Under the pieces are notes generated by a model that saw only the letters and a list, made by a program, of their open reading frames with translations, made no database searches and was not told the DNA's origin. A stretch of DNA of 64,000 nucleotides from contig QMRC01000002.1 in the NCBI GenBank assembly GCA_003649205.1, positions 1-64,000 on the forward strand. Direction: 5' to 3'. This DNA comes from Thermoprotei archaeon. Lineage in GTDB: Archaea; Thermoproteota; Thermoprotei; Thermoproteales; B15-G16. The position numbers and the translations under genes were made by a program. Shown in pieces: positions 20,162 through 28,840 of the stretch; positions within the stretch are counted from its first letter, which is position 1, and the number at the start of each line of letters is the position of its first letter.

Positions 20162-20455
20162 GTGAGAACCATGCTCTCAAGAAACCCCCTCGACATACAC
20201 CCACAAAAACTCGATAAAGAAGGAACTGCACAAGCCCTGAGATTAGCCATAATCGGTGAACTCGATGCAATAAACCTATACCTACAGCTAGCAAACGCCA
20301 TAGAAGACGAAAAGATCAAGCACACACTACGCGAAATAGCTAAAGAAGAGAAAATCCACGTAGGTGAACTCCTAGAAATACTCAAACAAATCGATCCCGA
20401 ACAAGCAAAAGCCCTAGAAAAAGGACGAGAAGAAGTTAAAGAGCTAACGAGATAG
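20162..20455 (+). CDS. Encapsulin-associated ferritin-like protein (Flp/EncFtn type), standalone
   Basis: ALRLAIIGELDAINLY...IAKEEKIHVGEL...DPEQ ferroxidase pattern. The start is probably the ATG at 20171. Confidence 0.85.
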   Translation: MRTMLSRNPLDIHPQKLDKEGTAQALRLAIIGELDAINLYLQLANAIEDEKIKHTLREIAKEEKIHVGELLEILKQIDPEQAKALEKGREEVKELTR

Positions 20456-20499
20456 AGGCTAAACCTTAACACAAAGAAAAGAAGAACAGTAAAGCAGAT

Positions 20500-21283
20500 G
20501 TAAACCTCATAGCTGAACTAGGTCCCTAAAGATGTGTCAATACTGAACCCAAGATATCTTGTAACGAGGTACACAAAGCAAGTACAAACTATCGAACTCC
20601 TACAGCAATGTGCACAACATAGTTAGTACTTACAGAGACCCTATGCTGAGACAACTAGGTAGAAACCACAACCCACTGAAGATAGAACCAACTTCCTCAG
20701 TCCTATCGTTACCTCATACCCCCCAACAATACCTACCTTGAAGCACAACTTCACAGATCCCTCATCTTCAGGTATCTGAAGGGTAACATCAACCTTCTAT
20801 AGGAATCTAACGCTACAGACACGCAGACATCTAGCTCCTCAATCGAAATAACACTCAACTTAATTTCTCTAGACACAAGCCAAAGACGTTTCAGGTCAAA
20901 AGAGTATACTCTCTCATAACTCCTACCGACATTAGTCACCAACACAAACCCTCCATACCTCCGAAGTACTCTTGTTCCACCTCTACATCCCTTACCCACA
21001 ATCTCACAACCACCTTACACCCACTCCTAGCCCCATAGGTAAAGTTTATCCATCACAAAATACTCAGCCCCCTTAATATCAAGAACAGCAACCTCCCAAC
21101 AACATTAAGACCACCACACCCCAACCTAACAGCAAGATCAACGTCATAACATGAAAAACCCCTACAAACTAAAGAACCAAACAGAATATCAACTTCAGAA
21201 AACCTCTCCAAAACCCTACTCACAGCAGATAAAACATTATCAAACCACAGAACTCCACAAAACCACCCAACCAAACAACACAA
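20500..21283 (-). pseudogene. Decayed MNT (minimal nucleotidyltransferase)/HEPN toxin-antitoxin locus
   Basis: ILFGSLVCRGFSCYDVDLAV is the MNT GS...DxD motif. Downstream frames are broken into short ORFs, and the HEPN part is only inferred. Boundaries are approximate. Confidence 0.5.
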
Positions 21284-21385
21284 GTGAACGATAAAAGGTT
21301 CTTGATACGAAGCTCAAAATTTAGAAAAGCTGCTTAAGCTCCTAACCCGGATAGATTTAAGGAACACTGTTCTCTCGCTGCGTAT

Positions 21386-22486
21386 GTGAATCATGTAAGG
21401 GGGAGTTATAACATAAATCCCAGGTGTGTGCTAATGTCTTCAGTCAGAACTGCTTCTGTATTGCTAGCTATACTTCTAGCTGGTTTAGCCATAGGGTACG
21501 CAATAGCCTTCTTTATTTACACACCAAAAATCAAGCACTATAAAGCTCTTTACCAGGAATACAAGTCAAAGTTTGAAGAAGCTAGAGAAACAAGTAGAAA
21601 ACTTGAGAGGCAACTGAATGAACTGAAGAAGAACTACGAAAAACTTAGTGCCCGGTTTGAGGTACTGAATAGAAACTACACTTCTTTGAAGGAACTGTAT
21701 AGCGAGTTAAGGCATAAGTATGAAGTACTGGAGGGAGAATACAAAAGGGTTAAGAAACTATATAGTACATTGAGAGAAAGTTATGAAGCCTGGAGAGGGT
21801 ACTGCCTCTCGTACATAGACCTTAAGCTTGCTGTAAAGAGAGCACTCGATGTCGTGGAGCTACATAAGCTATTACCTTATGTCAAGAAGATAGTTACTGA
21901 TCCTCATGATTTATGGAGAAGCGAGAAGGAATTGTACCACTACGTAGTGAAGAATATAGCCTACGCTAAAGATCCTCCAATTCCAGTACCTCCTACTATT
22001 TCCGAACTAGAACAGAGGTTATACGGGAATTACACATGTAATGAGCTTATTTTATCGCCCTCCGAAGTACTTAAGTTAAGACAGGGAGATTGCGAGGACC
22101 AAGCAATTTTATTGTACGCATTAATTATCGCCTACGAAAGGTACTTACATGGAAAGGAGTACATAACGTGGCTTGTGCATATAGATCTCGGTGATGGCTC
22201 TTCTCACATGGCAGTAGCATTCCCCGTTAAAGTTGATGAAGGTAGACACGAGCTTACAATACTGGATCCTGCTGGTAAGTATTACACTTCAGGTCCCATA
22301 GGAGAACTAACCAGTAGGGTACCCCTAATCGAACTCAAGAGGTACTCGACGCACTGGCGTGATCACGGAGGGATAAAACGCATCACTATATATGATATTA
22401 TCACTGGGGAGCTAAAAGTTGTAGTAAGCGGCGATATAGAAGAGGTAGCTATATACATCGAAAAAGGAGAGTTTCTCAAAGAGTAG
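21386..22486 (+). CDS. Membrane-anchored coiled-coil protein with transglutaminase-like (papain-fold) domain
   Basis: TM helix, about 80-aa heptad stalk, and catalytic triad motifs GDCED / SHMAV / ILDP. Confidence 0.85.
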   Translation: MNHVRGSYNINPRCVLMSSVRTASVLLAILLAGLAIGYAIAFFIYTPKIKHYKALYQEYKSKFEEARETSRKLERQLNELKKNYEKLSARFEVLNRNYTSLKELYSELRHKYEVLEGEYKRVKKLYSTLRESYEAWRGYCLSYIDLKLAVKRALDVVELHKLLPYVKKIVTDPHDLWRSEKELYHYVVKNIAYAKDPPIPVPPTISELEQRLYGNYTCNELILSPSEVLKLRQGDCEDQAILLYALIIAYERYLHGKEYITWLVHIDLGDGSSHMAVAFPVKVDEGRHELTILDPAGKYYTSGPIGELTSRVPLIELKRYSTHWRDHGGIKRITIYDIITGELKVVVSGDIEEVAIYIEKGEFLKE

Positions 22487-23543
22487 TGATCAGGAGTAAA
22501 ACTAGTAAGAGGAGGACTGCAGTAGAGAGTACAGCGATAGCCATGCTTTTAATTGTCTCTCTTTTCTTAAGACTTTTTGCTAACTGTTTTCTTAGGGAAT
22601 CTAATGTTTCAGAAGGAACTATGGAGAGGATATGCGGATAGAGCGTCCTTAGCTCTTCATTAGACAGATACACTAATGGAGGCCAGCTTCTAAGTAAATT
22701 ACATGCACGTTCCCGTGCTAAGCTATCCAAATGCTTTAATACCTCATGCAGCATTTCGGTCTGTTGTAGTTGCTGAAGCAATTCTTCATCACTCAAGTAT
22801 TCTGCATAAGCTGGCAATTTCATTTCCTTAATGCAGCTCCTAACGAACTCTGGTAATTTATCGGGTATTTGCCTACGAAGTTGATGAAACGTAACATCCA
22901 GCTCACGCAATGTTGAACACTTGTCTAATTCATGTGCCACATACTCAGCTAACTTCCTTCGCAACAGGCTACATACCTCCTCCAAGACTGCTTCTCTTAT
23001 TGCTTTCCTAACAATTCCTGAACGAGGCAGGTACTCCCTAAGCAATTTAAATCGGACATCCTCCTGAATCACATTTAGCAAGCTGACTATTTCATTGGGC
23101 GTACGGCCAATTTGACTTAAAACCTGTTCCAGGAACAATGAGGCAAACTTCTCCTTCTCTGGTATAAGTTCCAAGTTCTTGAGAAGATCAAACAGATATC
23201 CAGAAATCTTCATTGCAATGAACTCCATAGTTGGACTTCTTACAGATCTTATAGCCTCAACAGCCCTTTTGACATAGTCACTAACTAGAGCATTACCCAA
23301 AGCTTTACCAAATATCTTCAGCAACTGTTCCGTCGTTGGTGGTTTAGGAAAGAGTTCGCGTGCAACTCTGATGTAATCTGATAACGTATACTCTCTACAC
23401 TCCTTGGCTATTTCAGACAATACTCTTAACGCTTCATCAATCATATCCCTTGAAAGGTAATCAAGTAACTTCCTATACTGCTCTCCATGTTTTTCCTTCA
23501 TATGCCGTATTATTTTAGAAAACTCTTCATAGCTCATTGGCAC
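22476..23543 (-). CDS. Hypothetical all-helical protein with C-terminal TM anchor
   Basis: 355-aa ORF ending AIAVLSTAVLLLLVLLLITTL. Confidence 0.75.
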   Translation of the reverse strand: MPMSYEEFSKIIRHMKEKHGEQYRKLLDYLSRDMIDEALRVLSEIAKECREYTLSDYIRVARELFPKPPTTEQLLKIFGKALGNALVSDYVKRAVEAIRSVRSPTMEFIAMKISGYLFDLLKNLELIPEKEKFASLFLEQVLSQIGRTPNEIVSLLNVIQEDVRFKLLREYLPRSGIVRKAIREAVLEEVCSLLRRKLAEYVAHELDKCSTLRELDVTFHQLRRQIPDKLPEFVRSCIKEMKLPAYAEYLSDEELLQQLQQTEMLHEVLKHLDSLARERACNLLRSWPPLVYLSNEELRTLYPHILSIVPSETLDSLRKQLAKSLKKRETIKSMAIAVLSTAVLLLLVLLLITTL

Positions 23544-23562
23544 ATGCCCTCAGCAGCCATAA

Positions 23563-24162
23563 TCATAGATTCCATATTGCTGAGTCTATGTATGGTGCTT
23601 CTTCCGGTCTGATCATGTCCTCAGTTATACCAAATACCCTCAGCTTTTCAAGTATAGTTCTCGGCAATCTTAAGTTTCTTGGTGGTCTCATACCGAAGAC
23701 TCTAACCAGTTCATAAATTATGTAGTGTCTCAACAAATCACCGCCTATGTACCTCATATGCTCAAGGTCTTCATACAGTTTATCTGGATCTATGTCAGGT
23801 GGCATAGACGTATCTATACCATACTTTTTACACAAGTCAATTAATTGCTCTATTATCTCGATATGTGCTTCCCATAATACCAGCTCTTCTCTTAATCTCC
23901 TCAGCTCTCCCTCTTCCTTTAGTGTCTTCAAATACTCAAATGTTGTCTTACCAGCTCTCCTAGCTCTCGACTTAAGCTCTAGGACCTTAGCCTCTGCAAA
24001 ATCCCAACCAACACCACCATACTGTAGACCCACTGCAAGCAACTGTTCAAAAGGAATAATACCTCTTAGTAGTACCGTAGCTCTCTCTATGATAGCTCTT
24101 TCACGACCTACCTTAACAAGCCACCTCTTGATACGTTCACTATCGATACTCATAATGTTCAC
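23563..24162 (-). CDS. Hypothetical helical protein
   Basis: 199-aa ORF, 19 bp upstream of the previous gene on the same strand. Confidence 0.72.
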   Translation of the reverse strand: MNIMSIDSERIKRWLVKVGRERAIIERATVLLRGIIPFEQLLAVGLQYGGVGWDFAEAKVLELKSRARRAGKTTFEYLKTLKEEGELRRLREELVLWEAHIEIIEQLIDLCKKYGIDTSMPPDIDPDKLYEDLEHMRYIGGDLLRHYIIYELVRVFGMRPPRNLRLPRTILEKLRVFGITEDMIRPEEAPYIDSAIWNL

Positions 24163-25392
24163 ACACTAGCTACCTTCCAAACATTATTATATAGCAATTT
24201 TCATCAAGGTAACAACTACCTGCTAGATTCTAGACCTCTCTCAACCCTCTTAATCTGTAACAGTACCTCATGAACTTTTAAATGAAGCTACCGATGATGA
24301 TACTTTGAAAAGGCTACATAATATTAACCTCTGCGTCAAACCGAAGACGCAAGAGGCTTAAGCCCCTAGAACTTCCGAGGAGTGAAGAGTGATTAAAGCT
24401 TCCTTGCGTAGGTGATGGATTCATACCCTACTCAGGAAACAAATCAGCAGAAGTTGAAAGACAGTATGGGATTGCTGAGTATTAAGCAGAAATAACTGCC
24501 ATGCATGCTGCTTATGCTACCTCAGAGAGCCGCTCTGTCTATATTTGCGTTCTATGATGTCCCTAGCCTTTCATTAAGTTTCTTAGCTGATGTCAGTTAC
24601 TTCACTGCTAAGTACATCCTTATGTTTAAATTCACCTCGTCGTAAAGCATACTTATCACCAGGGAGTCACGTAGTGCTATGGCATCATTGGCTACGTATT
24701 GTCTATAGTCTGAAGCGACAAAACAGCTCCTTACCCAAACAATGCTTAGCAATGTTGACGTAGTTAATTGCTGTTGTTATTGTCTTAATGTTTTAGTCCT
24801 ACCTCATCCCGTATGTAATACCTCATCCTCTTTTACAAGAGAGGGTGAGAGCATGAGTGGTTCATAGATTGGTTACATTGCTTTGAATCGCAACTCTCAT
24901 TCCAGTCATAATCATATCGTACATGAGGTATTTAGCAGATTCTTCGGAGGAGAGCTGGTGCGACAGCAACGCACTCCTCTAAGAGCGTCTTTACGAAGTT
25001 CTTCTGTCATAACTTCAGAGGTGAGAAAATAGCTAAGGAAGTACTTAAGGTAGCAAAGAAGAGAGGTTTAAGCGAGACTAGACAGGAGAAGAAAGGTCTG
25101 TAGGATGAATAGCTTATTTAGGGAGAAGGCCCTTAGGCAACTGGACTTAAATCACAATCGCGGGTATCAATCACCGGGATGCAAGTTACAACTCAAAGAT
25201 GTATGGAGATATACCAAGACCAAAGAATTTACTAACATGAGAAAGAGAAAGTACATTACTTACGCCAGTATTTCATTCAGGTATATCCACTACAGAGGTC
25301 GAGGGTGCTACATTATGTCATAGGGACGGACTTTAGAGGTAAACCACTACCTTAGATAACCGGAACATGGACTCAGTAAATGGTGGCTGCAT

Positions 25393-26295
25393 TTGCGTAG
25401 ACGGGAAATCTGGAGCATTAAGCTAAATATACTAGACATAAAGGATCGTTGGCTTAAAGGTAAGTTAGGTGAAGCAATACTAAATGTTCTTGCAGAATAT
25501 CTAGGGAGAAAACCTGATGTGTTACTTGGTGAAATCTTCATACTGGTCGTACGCTGTCTTGATCTTCGATTACTACTGCACGGTCTTGCAAATGTACCTT
25601 CGCAGTTCTTAAAGCTAGTACTTGATAGTGATGTTGACTCTCTTGAGAGATTGCTAGACTATAAGCTCAAAGATCTGAGAAATAAGTTCAGCAACTATAT
25701 GGGTAACGTAGCTCTAGCACAGGAACCGGTACAGGAGGATAATGAAGTTTGTCTACGTCATCTGGAGGGTATTTTGTTGAGGAGAGATAGATTCTGGTAT
25801 ATTTATTCGATACGCAAGATAATTCGCTTACTCTGCCCGCTCCATAGTGTCTGTAAAAATGTAGTAGATTGTCCCATAGCTCGAGCAACAAAAGTGAAGG
25901 ATGAAAGAGTATTAGAGCTATGGGAGGAAGCTTACGCAATAGCAAGAGCATATGATGTTGTTTCCTGGATTAAACGAAACACAAAAGACTTCGAGAGAGT
26001 GCGTCCCATACTCAAGGTACTACTAGAGAAAGGCGTTCCATTAGAAGACCTTTACCGAGCATTTGGGCTTGAGAGCTTTCATACTCATGTAGATTACGTA
26101 GCACTTGACAGGGAAGGAAATGTGTGGGCTCTTGAGCTGAAGACCATAACTGGTAAACATATGATAATAGCTCTATCGAAGAAGGAAAGAGAAGCTATGT
26201 ACCAGATAAGGAGGTTAGGGTTTAGATATGGAGTAGTATTGATCCAATTACAAGAAGCTTGGAATGTTAATTTGAAATTAATAGAAATTAATTAA
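25393..26295 (+). CDS. PD-(D/E)xK nuclease-domain protein
   Basis: N-terminal KGKLGEA, C-terminal VDYVALDREGNVWALELKT...LSKKE, and a central Cys cluster. Confidence 0.72.
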   Translation: MRRREIWSIKLNILDIKDRWLKGKLGEAILNVLAEYLGRKPDVLLGEIFILVVRCLDLRLLLHGLANVPSQFLKLVLDSDVDSLERLLDYKLKDLRNKFSNYMGNVALAQEPVQEDNEVCLRHLEGILLRRDRFWYIYSIRKIIRLLCPLHSVCKNVVDCPIARATKVKDERVLELWEEAYAIARAYDVVSWIKRNTKDFERVRPILKVLLEKGVPLEDLYRAFGLESFHTHVDYVALDREGNVWALELKTITGKHMIIALSKKEREAMYQIRRLGFRYGVVLIQLQEAWNVNLKLIEIN

Positions 26296-26454
26296 CGCAG
26301 AACGAAGCTAGGTGAATCATTCTAGGTGTGTACACATTCTCTGACTTGCCTGAGAATTTGAAGTGCACATACTATAGCTTACATAAGCTTTATGCGGGAT
26401 TAATGAGCTAACAGTCATCGTTGTGGTGCTTAGTAAAGTATGCTTTTTCCCTGC

Positions 26455-26793
26455 TTACTCCTCTGGGCGTCTGCGAGAACTCAATTGTTCCCTTATGTCC
26501 TGTAGCAGCACTATTATGCTGTCTAGCTTGTTGCCCATATCCTCTAGCCTGGATTCCAGTCTTGCTCCAAGTTCTTCAATTTGCTTCCTGCTTGCAGTCA
26601 TGAATGATGTCATGAGGCTTGCTATTGAGATTACGACACCTATTAAATCGTACTCCAGTGGTGTGAAGAGTATTATGATGAGTATTCCTATGGTGAATCC
26701 TACTATTCCTAGCCAGAATACTATGAATGATGGTATGTCCCAGCTTGTACCCAGGAACCTTATCCTCCTCTTTTTCCTGTTGTTTCGTGTCAC
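26455..26793 (-). CDS. Small two-TM protein with C-terminal coiled coil
   Basis: The ORF-track start lies inside the tRNA, so the in-frame GTG at 26793 with an upstream GGTGA was used instead. Confidence 0.65.
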   Translation of the reverse strand: MTRNNRKKRRIRFLGTSWDIPSFIVFWLGIVGFTIGILIIILFTPLEYDLIGVVISIASLMTSFMTASRKQIEELGARLESRLEDMGNKLDSIIVLLQDIREQLSSRRRPEE

Positions 26794-26843
26794 AGGTTCT
26801 TCACCGATATTTGTTCTTAATGGGGAGGTGCTAGACCTGGGTT

Positions 26844-26921
26844 TGGTGGGGCCGCCCGGATTTGAACCGGGGTCACGCGGGCCCAAGCCGCGCAGCCTAG
26901 TCCAGGCTAGCCGACGGCCCC
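26844..26921 (-). tRNA. tRNA-Pro(TGG), intron-less, CCA encoded
   Basis: GGGGCCGTCGGCTAGCCTGGACTAGGCTGCGCGGCTTGGGCCCGCGTGACCCCGGTTCAAATCCGGGCGGCCCCACCA folds as a cloverleaf. Confidence 0.97.
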
Positions 26922-26952
26922 TTGTCTCTGTTGTGTTGTGTCTTTGGTGGGG

Positions 26953-26960
26953 TTTTATAT
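26953..26960 (-). promoter_or_regulatory. TATA box of tRNA-Pro
   Basis: ATATAAAA about 35 nt upstream of the tRNA 5' end. Confidence 0.6.
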
Positions 26961-27164
26961 TTGTCTCCGTGTTTTGGTGTGTAGGTGTTTTTTAGGTGGT
27001 TTTCTGTTTTGTTTTTCTTGGGTGGTTCCTTGTGTTTAGTGAGGTTGTGAAGAAGGTGTGTGGGCGTAGGAGGGTTGAGGAAGAGGAGGAGGGTGAGGAA
27101 GGAGCTGAGTTTCTTGGTGGTCTTTTTGAGGGTGAGGGTGAGTAATTTTGGTTGTCGCTATCTG

Positions 27165-27518
27165 TGTTAGGTTGAGGTGTAGGGGTAGTGGTAGGGAGGT
27201 TCAAGACCTGAGATCCTGTTGCCTTTGAGTGTTGTTGAGGAGTTGGGGTTGTCTAGGGATGAGGGTGTTGTTGTTGAGAAGGTTTTAGCTGATGGTTCTA
27301 GGAGGAGGTTTGTGAAGGTTTGTGATGCTGTTGAGGTGTTTGTTATTGCGGAGGATAGGGTTGTTGGTCCTGTTGTTGCTGATGTGTTGATTTCTGAGAA
27401 GGGTAGGAGGGTTCTCATTAGTGATTCTTTGGTGTCTATGCTGGGTATCGTATTGCTTGATTTGAGGGAGGGATTGTGGTGTTTTAGGGATGAGTTGGGG
27501 GTTAAGGTAAGGAGGTAG
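27165..27518 (+). pseudogene. Second, internally deleted copy of the aspartyl-protease-like family seen at 18953
   Basis: RLRCRGSGREV, a frameshift, then RPEILLPLSVVEELGL...VLISDSLVSMLGIVLLDLREGLWCF. The NSG/DSG motif segment is missing. Confidence 0.6.
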
Positions 27519-27520
27519 TT

Positions 27521-28585
27521 TTGTTCTCTGTTGGTTTTGGGTTTATTTTGTTGTTTGTTGTACTTCTTCTTGTGAGTTGTAGGGAGGTTATTCTTAGGTT
27601 TTTGGAGTCTGTTGGTAGGGATGGTGTTGCTCAGAGTGAGTTGTGTAGGAGGTTGGGTCTTCCTAAGAGTACGGTTTCGTATTGGTTGCGTGTTCTTGAG
27701 CGTGAGGGGTTAGTTGTTAGGAGATTTGTTGGTCGTTGTGCTTATGTTTGGTTGAGTAAGTATGCTCCTAGGGGTTTTCTTGGTAGGGTTAGGGTTGGTG
27801 TTGTTTTTGCTCTTGAGTTCCCCTACCTACCGTACTTAACTAGGTTGTGTAGGGATTTTGGTCTGGATGTTGAGGTTAAGTTCTTCGATAATGGTGTTGA
27901 GGCTACGAGAGCTCTTGTTAAGGGTTCTGTCGATTTCTGTATTTCTCCTTTCGTTACTCAGCTTATGTACGGTGCTTTGACTGATGCTCTTGAGGTTGTT
28001 GCTGTTGCTGGTTGTGGTACTGGTGCTTTGGTTGTGAGGAAGGGGTTGTGTGTTGGTGATTTGAGTGAGTTGTGTTGTGGTAGGTTTGGTAGTACTAGGT
28101 CGTCTACTATGGAGGTTGTTTTGACATCACTTCTCTACAGGTCGCGCTGTGATGAATTTAGGGTGAGCTTCTTCTCTTCAGGAAACGATATGGTATCTGC
28201 TCTCGTCTCTGGTCTTGTTGATGCTGTGAATATTTGGGAGCCATATGTGACTTCTCTTGTTAATTGTGGTGTAGGGTACGTACTTGTTGATCACAGTGAG
28301 TTGCTTGGTGTACATCCATGCTGTATGGTAGCTACTTACCGAGGAGCATCTGAGGATCTCGTTGGTAAGTTCATTGAGTTGTTGAAGGCTTCGGTTACGG
28401 AGTTTGAGAGGAGGAGAGACTACGATTTGATTGCTCAGTTCTTTAGGTTACCAAAGCAGTTGGTTATCAGGTGTTTGGAGAAGTATCATTCGCCTATGGT
28501 GTTCTCTGAACGTGGTGTACTTCGGTTCATGAGGAAGGTAGGTGTTCCTCTCGTACCTGGTAATCTCGTTAGGTTTAGGTACTGA
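27521..28585 (+). CDS. wHTH (MarR/ArsR) fused to an NMT1/SsuA-like ligand-binding domain, putative transcription regulator
   Basis: QSELCRRLGLPKSTVSYWLRVLEREG plus LVSGLVDAVNIWEPY and HPCC. The true start is probably the GTG near 27572. Confidence 0.8.
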   Translation: MFSVGFGFILLFVVLLLVSCREVILRFLESVGRDGVAQSELCRRLGLPKSTVSYWLRVLEREGLVVRRFVGRCAYVWLSKYAPRGFLGRVRVGVVFALEFPYLPYLTRLCRDFGLDVEVKFFDNGVEATRALVKGSVDFCISPFVTQLMYGALTDALEVVAVAGCGTGALVVRKGLCVGDLSELCCGRFGSTRSSTMEVVLTSLLYRSRCDEFRVSFFSSGNDMVSALVSGLVDAVNIWEPYVTSLVNCGVGYVLVDHSELLGVHPCCMVATYRGASEDLVGKFIELLKASVTEFERRRDYDLIAQFFRLPKQLVIRCLEKYHSPMVFSERGVLRFMRKVGVPLVPGNLVRFRY

Positions 28586-28591
28586 TAGGTT

Positions 28592-28840
28592 TTGAATTAT
28601 GTTAGTGTTTTGTCTGCGTACCGTGGAAATCTTAAAATAAGTGTATGTTCAATTGAACAAGTGATGTCTAGGTACCTACTCCACGTTGTGTTCTCTGTAC
28701 TGTACATCGTGGTCGTGATGTATGTTGTTCCATTTACTGTATTCAGTAAGTGCTGTGACCTAGCTCTGTACGTGTACTGGGTTATTGCTGTTCTACTCTA
28801 TCTCCTGTACGTAGGTATGTACCTGAGGTTTGTGAGGTGA
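28592..28840 (+). CDS. Small two-TM partner subunit of a sodium:solute symporter
   Basis: Two TM helices. GTGA overlap with the symporter. The start is probably near MSRYLL. Confidence 0.65.
   Translation: MNYVSVLSAYRGNLKISVCSIEQVMSRYLLHVVFSVLYIVVVMYVVPFTVFSKCCDLALYVYWVIAVLLYLLYVGMYLRFVR

Noticed and set aside
21340-21362. att duplication of the tRNA-Pro 3' end (cccggat)
   Set aside because: Only 7 nt match, which is not distinguishable from chance.
24324-24435. IS200/IS605 end or C/D sRNA in the islet
   Set aside because: A small hairpin and partial boxes (GTGAAGA, TGATGG, CTCA) are present, but there is no proper D box and no tnpA/tnpB remnant.
26423-26995. 190-aa + strand ORF, and the ORF-track start of the 143-aa minus ORF at 26886
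   Set aside because: Both run through the tRNA-Pro gene.
26992-27418. Pro/Thr/Ser-rich minus-strand ORFs
   Set aside because: They are by-products of extreme G/T skew on the + strand and have no RBS or recognisable domain.
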